A stretch of DNA of 2,489 nt from NCBI GenBank assembly GCA_000004985.1, contig GG739259.1; one strand, written 5' to 3'. The stretch comes from Naegleria gruberi. Taxonomy: Eukaryota. Made by a program: the position numbers and the translations under genes. This document shows positions 1-2,489 of the stretch, piece after piece. Numbering within the stretch: position 1 is the stretch's first letter; each line of letters opens with the position of its first letter. The notes below the pieces were generated by a model, which saw nothing but the letters and a program-made list of their open reading frames with translations, did no database searches and was not told the origin of the DNA.

Positions 1-1
1 A

Positions 2-259
2 AGTGGTATCGATAGTCATTTCAAATTTATTTATCCATTAAATGATTATAAATTAATTTTATTATTAATTATCAAATTATTTATTGATAATTTAAATGGA
101 TTAAAATCATTAATTGAATTAAATATTTCACATTTTGATTTTAACATCTTAAATTCTAATAGTATATTAAATAATTCTTGTGCTTTAACTAGTATACAAA
201 AACAACACATTATCCCTAGCATTATCCACCCGATTATAAATTATATTAAGATAAAATAA
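2..259 (+). CDS. C-terminal fragment of an unidentified protein-coding gene whose 5' end lies outside the window. Plus-strand frame 2 is stop-free from position 2 to 256, with TAA at 257-259.
   Basis: I translated this by hand: SGIDSHFKFIYPLNDYKLILLLIIKLFIDNLNGLKSLIELNISHFDFNILNSNSILNNSCALTSIQKQHIIPSIIHPIINYIKIK*. It has no Met, so a Met-to-stop ORF finder would not list it. In ~78% AT DNA a stop is expected roughly every 10-12 codons, so 85 stop-free codons by chance is improbable (order 1e-3 to 1e-4). The composition (I/L/N/K-rich) fits AT-rich coding. 'LNGLKSLIELNISHFDFNILNSNSIL' is loosely leucine-rich-repeat-like (LxxLxLxxN). I cannot assign a product. Confidence 0.45.
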   Translation, partial: SGIDSHFKFIYPLNDYKLILLLIIKLFIDNLNGLKSLIELNISHFDFNILNSNSILNNSCALTSIQKQHIIPSIIHPIINYIKIK

Positions 260-300
260 AACCAAATAAATCATTTACAAAAGCACATTATATGTATTCA
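260..300 (+). promoter_or_regulatory. Possible 3'-end formation signals for the partial plus-strand ORF: AATAAA at 265-270 and TATATG at 290-295.
   Basis: These hexamers lie 6-40 nt downstream of the TAA at 257-259 and are of the type used as yeast positioning and efficiency elements. In AT-rich DNA such hexamers occur frequently by chance. Confidence 0.2.
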
Positions 301-304
301 TTAT

Positions 305-375
305 CTACAGGGGGCGGAAAGTTGGTATTGGCCAGGCGTAAATGTTGAGATTTCGCTGAATGGTTCCAAGTTGAT
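305..375. other. A ~50% GC island inside ~75-80% AT non-coding DNA, followed by a T5 run at 381-385. Candidate small structured or Pol III-type RNA, not verified.
   Basis: The sequence is 'cagggggcggaaagttggtattggccaggcgtaaatgttgagatttcgctgaatggttccaagttgat'. It has an internal imperfect pairing of 'gcggaaa' (315-321) with 'tttcgc' (351-356), a 'ggttcc' T-loop-like element and a 'ctga' box, then 'tttttaaaat' downstream. I could not fold it into a canonical tRNA cloverleaf on either strand: no acceptor-stem complement, and the T-loop register fails. I did not recognise it as U6, 5S or another conserved RNA. Confidence 0.2.
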
Positions 376-377
376 AT

Positions 378-391
378 ATGTTTTTAAAATA
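378..391 (+). repeat. Direct repeat copy 1 of the exact 14-mer atgtttttaaaata, which contains a T5 run.
   Basis: An exact second copy sits at 528-541, 150 bp away. Each copy lies immediately 3' of a GC-richer block (305-375 and 500-527). Confidence 0.6.
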
Positions 392-470
392 AATATACAA
401 CATTATGATTCACACAATCAGTAACATTTCTAACAACACATGAATTTTATTAATATTGATTAAAATTTAA

Positions 471-514
471 GAGAGTAACCTTGATTTATAGAATTTAAGC
501 AAATGGGTACTCTC
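471..514. repeat. Inverted repeat (hairpin): 5' arm gagagtaacc at 471-480 and 3' arm gggtactctc at 505-514, matching at 9 of 10 positions with a 24-nt AT-rich loop.
   Basis: The reverse complement of the 3' arm is gagagtaccc, against gagagtaacc for the 5' arm: a single mismatch. The pairing is 7 perfect bp plus 2 GC pairs. Confidence 0.55.
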
Positions 515-527
515 AGAGCCGAAGACA

Positions 528-541
528 ATGTTTTTAAAATA
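528..541 (+). repeat. Direct repeat copy 2 of the exact 14-mer atgtttttaaaata, which contains a T5 run.
   Basis: Exact match to 378-391. It is preceded by the GC-richer block 'gggtactctcagagccgaagaca'. Confidence 0.6.
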
Positions 542-697
542 TTTATCGATTCGAATACGTTATACCACTCGTTGATATGTTCCCCATCTTGTACTTATTC
601 GATTTTGTGAAGCAGTTATTGCAGACAAGGTATTTTCAGAATTAAATTTTGAGCTAAAACACATTCACAATTTAGGAAGTATCAAAAAAAATAAATA

Positions 698-1110
698 CGA
701 GGAAACAAAAAAATAGCTATCCTCAAATCCTCTTAAATTACATAAACTCCAACATTTGAAAATACGAAACCTTTAAAACCTTACTTCGTTGTGCAGTACG
801 AATTTTTTAAACCATCTTTTTTCCCTTGTTAATGTCATCACAATGTGAGAAGTGGATGGCTAACTTTCGTTCTTGAGATATGAGTAACAAATCAAAAATA
901 GCTATTCTCAAATCGTGTTAATTCATGTAATAAGGGCACTTACAAAAATCAAGAGGTTGAAATCATGATTTCGTTGTGTCAGAAAATAAACCTTCGTTGT
1001 AATACATTTTTTGTAACAATTTTCTTAAAAAGTATTTTCATCTTTCTGAACAAATAGAAAAGTAACAAATGAATTTAATGAATTTGCCATCTATTATAGC
1101 TCACAAGGAA
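698..1110. repeat. Degenerate tandem repeat with a period of about 177-185 bp and about 2.3 units. Units start near 698, 882 and 1060.
   Basis: Anchor blocks are conserved between units: 'aaaaatagctatcctcaaatcctcttaaatt' (710-740) against 'aaaaatagctattctcaaatcgtgttaatt' (894-923); 'ttcgttgtgcag' (785-796) against 'ttcgttgtgtcag' (970-982); unit starts 'ggaaacaaaaa' (701), 'agtaacaaatc' (884) and 'agtaacaaatg' (1061). The third unit is partial, with '..ctattatagctcacaa' (1091-1106). Interior segments are only about 60-65% identical by eye. Extra 'ttcgtt' motifs occur at 865-870 and 993-998. Confidence 0.5.
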
Positions 1111-1289
1111 CCATTCAATATGATACAATTACGAAAACTTATATTTTATTGGATATTGGATTTCAAGATCATAATTTTCTTTTCTTGGATTCCCAAATTA
1201 TTTTTAAGGAATTAAATAAATCAGGAATTTATAAATTAGGAACTGTTAAATTGAACGTACGAAGAAACTATGCAAACCAAAGAATTGCA

Positions 1290-1395
1290 ACATACAGCAT
1301 TTCATAAATATAATAACCAGAAGGTGGTTGATTAGAAAATTATTTTCCGAATATTTTTCGGTGCACTCAACATTTTACTTCACTCTCCCCCCCCT
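1290..1395 (-). promoter_or_regulatory. Putative 3'-end processing and termination region of PEX7.
   Basis: On the mRNA strand, within about 110 nt after the TAG stop, there are 'AATAAT' (inside 'ggaaaataatttt') and 'TATATTTATG', which are yeast-type positioning and efficiency-like elements. No downstream ORF sits nearby. Confidence 0.3.
1335..1361. repeat. Palindromic low-complexity cluster: 'gaaaat-t-attttc' (a 6-bp inverted repeat with 1-nt spacer, 1335-1347) directly followed by an everted 'ccgaa-N5-ttcgg' (1347-1361), i.e. CCG-N9-CGG.
   Basis: Read directly from 'gaaaattattttccgaatatttttcgg'. It lies 35-60 nt downstream of the PEX7 stop on the mRNA strand, so in the 3' UTR or terminator region. 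Confidence 0.5.
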
Positions 1396-1397
1396 CT
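1384..1397. repeat. Mirror-symmetric homopyrimidine tract tct-C8-tct (C8 run at 1387-1394), overlapping the PEX7 stop codon.
   Basis: Read directly. On the mRNA this is UAG-A-G8-AGAG. A C8/G8 homopolymer is unusual in a ~33% GC background. A perfect mirror repeat of a polypurine/polypyrimidine tract is the sequence requirement for intramolecular triplex (H-DNA). Confidence 0.9.
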
Positions 1398-2478
1398 AAT
1401 CTTCTTTAATATTGTAGGCCTTTACAAGTTGATCATTACAACATAGAGCCATCAAACCAACTTCATGAATATTCCATGCAATATCATTCACCCAATCTTC
1501 CATCTTTTGATTTTTAAAATTTGACACTCTCCCTCCAAAACTAACTTCAGTCTCGTATGAATCATTTGGGGTATCATTATTGAATTGCAATAGGTTATTT
1601 GATTCTCTCATGTCCCATATCCTTAATGTTCTATCAGTGGAGCTTGTAGCCACTAAATGTTGCGTATGTGGACTCCATTGTGTTGACGTTATTTGGGAGT
1701 AGTGAATGTTAGATAGAATAGATTTTGGTTTCTTCACATTTCTCAAATCATAGGTCATTAATGAATTATCAAAACATCCCAAAGCTAAAGAGTTTTCATC
1801 AAATATATTCAAATCCATTTTTAAGGCACATGTCTTGTTATGAATTCTAAACGATTTAACACAAGGATCTTCCTCTTGTCTCAAATCCCATAAGCACACA
1901 AAACCATCTCTATCAGTAGTGAGAAATTGCATGGGAGAATGAGTATTCCACTGAATATCATGAATAGGAGGGGCCTGCAAATCATCAATACTTTCCAAAT
2001 TTGATTCTTGTTCCTTAATGACAAGTTCATGTTTTTTAGTGTGAAATGTTTGAAGAGATTCATTGGAATCTTGATTTTCATGATACAACTTGATAGATGA
2101 ATCTATTCCTCCTGTTATTATCCACTCTAGAGAGATTTTATCCCAATCCAAATTTGAGATACTTTGAGTATCGAACCATTCTCTATACATACAATCTGTA
2201 TTCTGTGTATCAAAAAATCTTAATACATTATCATGACAGGAACTGAGAAGAATACTTTCGTTTCTGTGTGACCAAAGGATATGTTGACATCCAACATTTA
2301 GCTGAATTTGATGTTCAATTTCAATTTCGTTCTTTGGTAAAAAAGAGAGTAAATAAATAATGCCAGAAATTGGTGTATGACCTGGTCTGTTTGAGGTTGC
2401 CACAGCAAGTTGATTTTCAATAAAGGGACTCCACTCTAGTGAATGAGGATTATTAACAAGACATATACCGACTCCCAT
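1396..2478 (-). CDS. PEX7: Peroxin-7 (PEX7), the PTS2 peroxisomal import receptor, a WD40-repeat protein. Complete and intronless: 360 aa, ATG at 2476-2478 (minus), TAG stop at 1396-1398.
   Basis: This is the 360-aa ORF in the supplied track. The translation carries motif-level matches to PEX7 as I recall it from yeast and human: N-terminal 'LEWSPFIENQLAVATS...GIIYLL' (yeast 'VQYSPFFDNRLAVAA...GKLFIL'); 'ILWSHRNESILLSSCHDNVLRFFDT' (human '[25 protein letters not shown]'); 'GCFDNSLMTYDLRNVKKP' (human 'GAVDCSLRGWDLRNVRQP'); 'QWSPHTQHLVATSSTDRTLRIWDMR' (yeast 'TWSPHHSNILMSASYDMTCRIW', human '[24 protein letters not shown]'). It has six WD-like units and a C-terminal '...CCNDQLVKAYNI' that resembles yeast '...AWDGNLFVWN'. 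The comparison is from memory, not a database search. The start codon is uncertain: the frame stays open upstream of the ATG through the window end at 2489, so an N-terminal extension cannot be excluded. The 16 residues before 'EWSPF' do match the yeast spacing. Confidence 0.88.
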   Translation of the reverse strand: MGVGICLVNNPHSLEWSPFIENQLAVATSNRPGHTPISGIIYLLSFLPKNEIEIEHQIQLNVGCQHILWSHRNESILLSSCHDNVLRFFDTQNTDCMYREWFDTQSISNLDWDKISLEWIITGGIDSSIKLYHENQDSNESLQTFHTKKHELVIKEQESNLESIDDLQAPPIHDIQWNTHSPMQFLTTDRDGFVCLWDLRQEEDPCVKSFRIHNKTCALKMDLNIFDENSLALGCFDNSLMTYDLRNVKKPKSILSNIHYSQITSTQWSPHTQHLVATSSTDRTLRIWDMRESNNLLQFNNDTPNDSYETEVSFGGRVSNFKNQKMEDWVNDIAWNIHEVGLMALCCNDQLVKAYNIKED

Positions 2479-2489
2479 TTTCCCAAACT

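Noticed and set aside
296-600. tRNA genes, tested on both strands around the GC-rich blocks and the 'gattcgaatac' B-box-like element at 548-558.
   Set aside because: 'gattcgaatac' matches the B-box 'GGTTCGAATCC' at 9 of 11 positions but has the wrong bases at the conserved G53 and C61. No 5-bp T-stem or 7-bp acceptor stem can be built in any register. The 305-375 island also lacks an acceptor complement. No canonical tRNA is supportable by eye, and tRNAscan-SE would settle it.
698-1110. A CRISPR array or other prokaryotic repeat-spacer structure.
   Set aside because: The units are about 180 bp and only about 60-70% identical, there is no 25-40 bp repeat/spacer alternation, and the context is eukaryotic (intronless but eukaryote-specific PEX7, yeast-type 3' signals).
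1069-1215. A 48-codon plus-strand ATG ORF (MNLMNLPSIIAHKEPFNMIQLRKLIFYWILDFKIIIFFSWIPKLFLRN*).
   Set aside because: This length is expected by chance several times per kb in AT-rich DNA. It overlaps the partial third tandem-repeat unit and contains no recognisable motif. It might be kept only if ribosome-profiling or conservation data supported it.
1330-1365. A point centromere (CDEIII-like 'TTCCGAA' at 1345-1351).
   Set aside because: There is no CDEI (RTCACRTG) within 80-200 bp on either side. The adjacent DNA is not the >90% AT CDEII required. The flanks of the CCG do not match the 'TGT.T.TG..TTCCGAAA....AAA' consensus. It is more likely a terminator-region palindrome.
1-1395. An exact 11-bp ARS consensus (WTTTAYRTTTW).
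   Set aside because: I checked several near-matches by eye (e.g. 23-36, 271-283, 377-394, 1141-1152) and found no exact 11/11 match. 9-10/11 matches are expected by chance at this AT content. An origin cannot be called from sequence alone.
1881-2081. A 66-aa minus-strand ORF listed in the ORF track.
   Set aside because: It lies entirely inside the PEX7 ORF on the same strand in a different frame. The composition is AT-driven and low-complexity (MKIKIPMNLFK...) with no homology signal. It is a spurious overlapping frame.
1-2489. A ciliate or other alternative nuclear genetic code (TAA/TAG read as Gln), considered as an explanation for the frame-2 continuity across TAA 257-259.
   Set aside because: The PEX7 ORF encodes about 18 Gln, all as CAA/CAG, with no in-frame TAA/TAG, and it terminates at TAG. 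That fits the standard code, not a ciliate code.

Overview
This is an AT-rich, eukaryotic-looking window, most consistent with a budding-yeast (Saccharomycotina) nuclear locus. The species cannot be determined from the sequence alone. I found no prokaryotic signatures: no CRISPR array, no operon structure, no RBS-spaced ORFs. I also see no evidence of a novel multi-gene system.

The one feature I am confident of is a complete, intronless 360-aa WD40-repeat gene on the minus strand (1396..2478). By motif-level similarity it is an ortholog of peroxin-7 (PEX7), the PTS2 import receptor.

At the left edge there is an 85-codon stop-free reading frame on the plus strand (2..256, TAA at 257-259) with no Met in the window. 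The ORF track missed it. In DNA this AT-rich, that is most simply the C-terminal end of a convergently transcribed gene that begins upstream of the window.

Between the two convergent stops lies about 1.1 kb with no convincing ORF, which is long for a compact yeast genome. That tract contains:
- a GC-rich island (~305-375) followed by a T5 run;
- an exact 14-mer direct repeat, each copy including a T5 run (378-391 and 528-541);
- a 9/10-bp inverted repeat that would form a hairpin (471-480 / 505-514);
- about 2.3 units of a degenerate ~180-bp tandem repeat (~698-1110);
- a palindromic, CCG/CGG-containing low-complexity cluster (1335-1361);
- a mirror-symmetric homopyrimidine tract with a C8 run immediately 3' of the PEX7 stop codon (1384-1397).

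I could not fold any of the small GC-rich blocks into a canonical tRNA and found no recognisable point-centromere. Everything except the PEX7 call is low to moderate confidence. Homology searches and covariance-model scans would be decisive and I cannot run them here.
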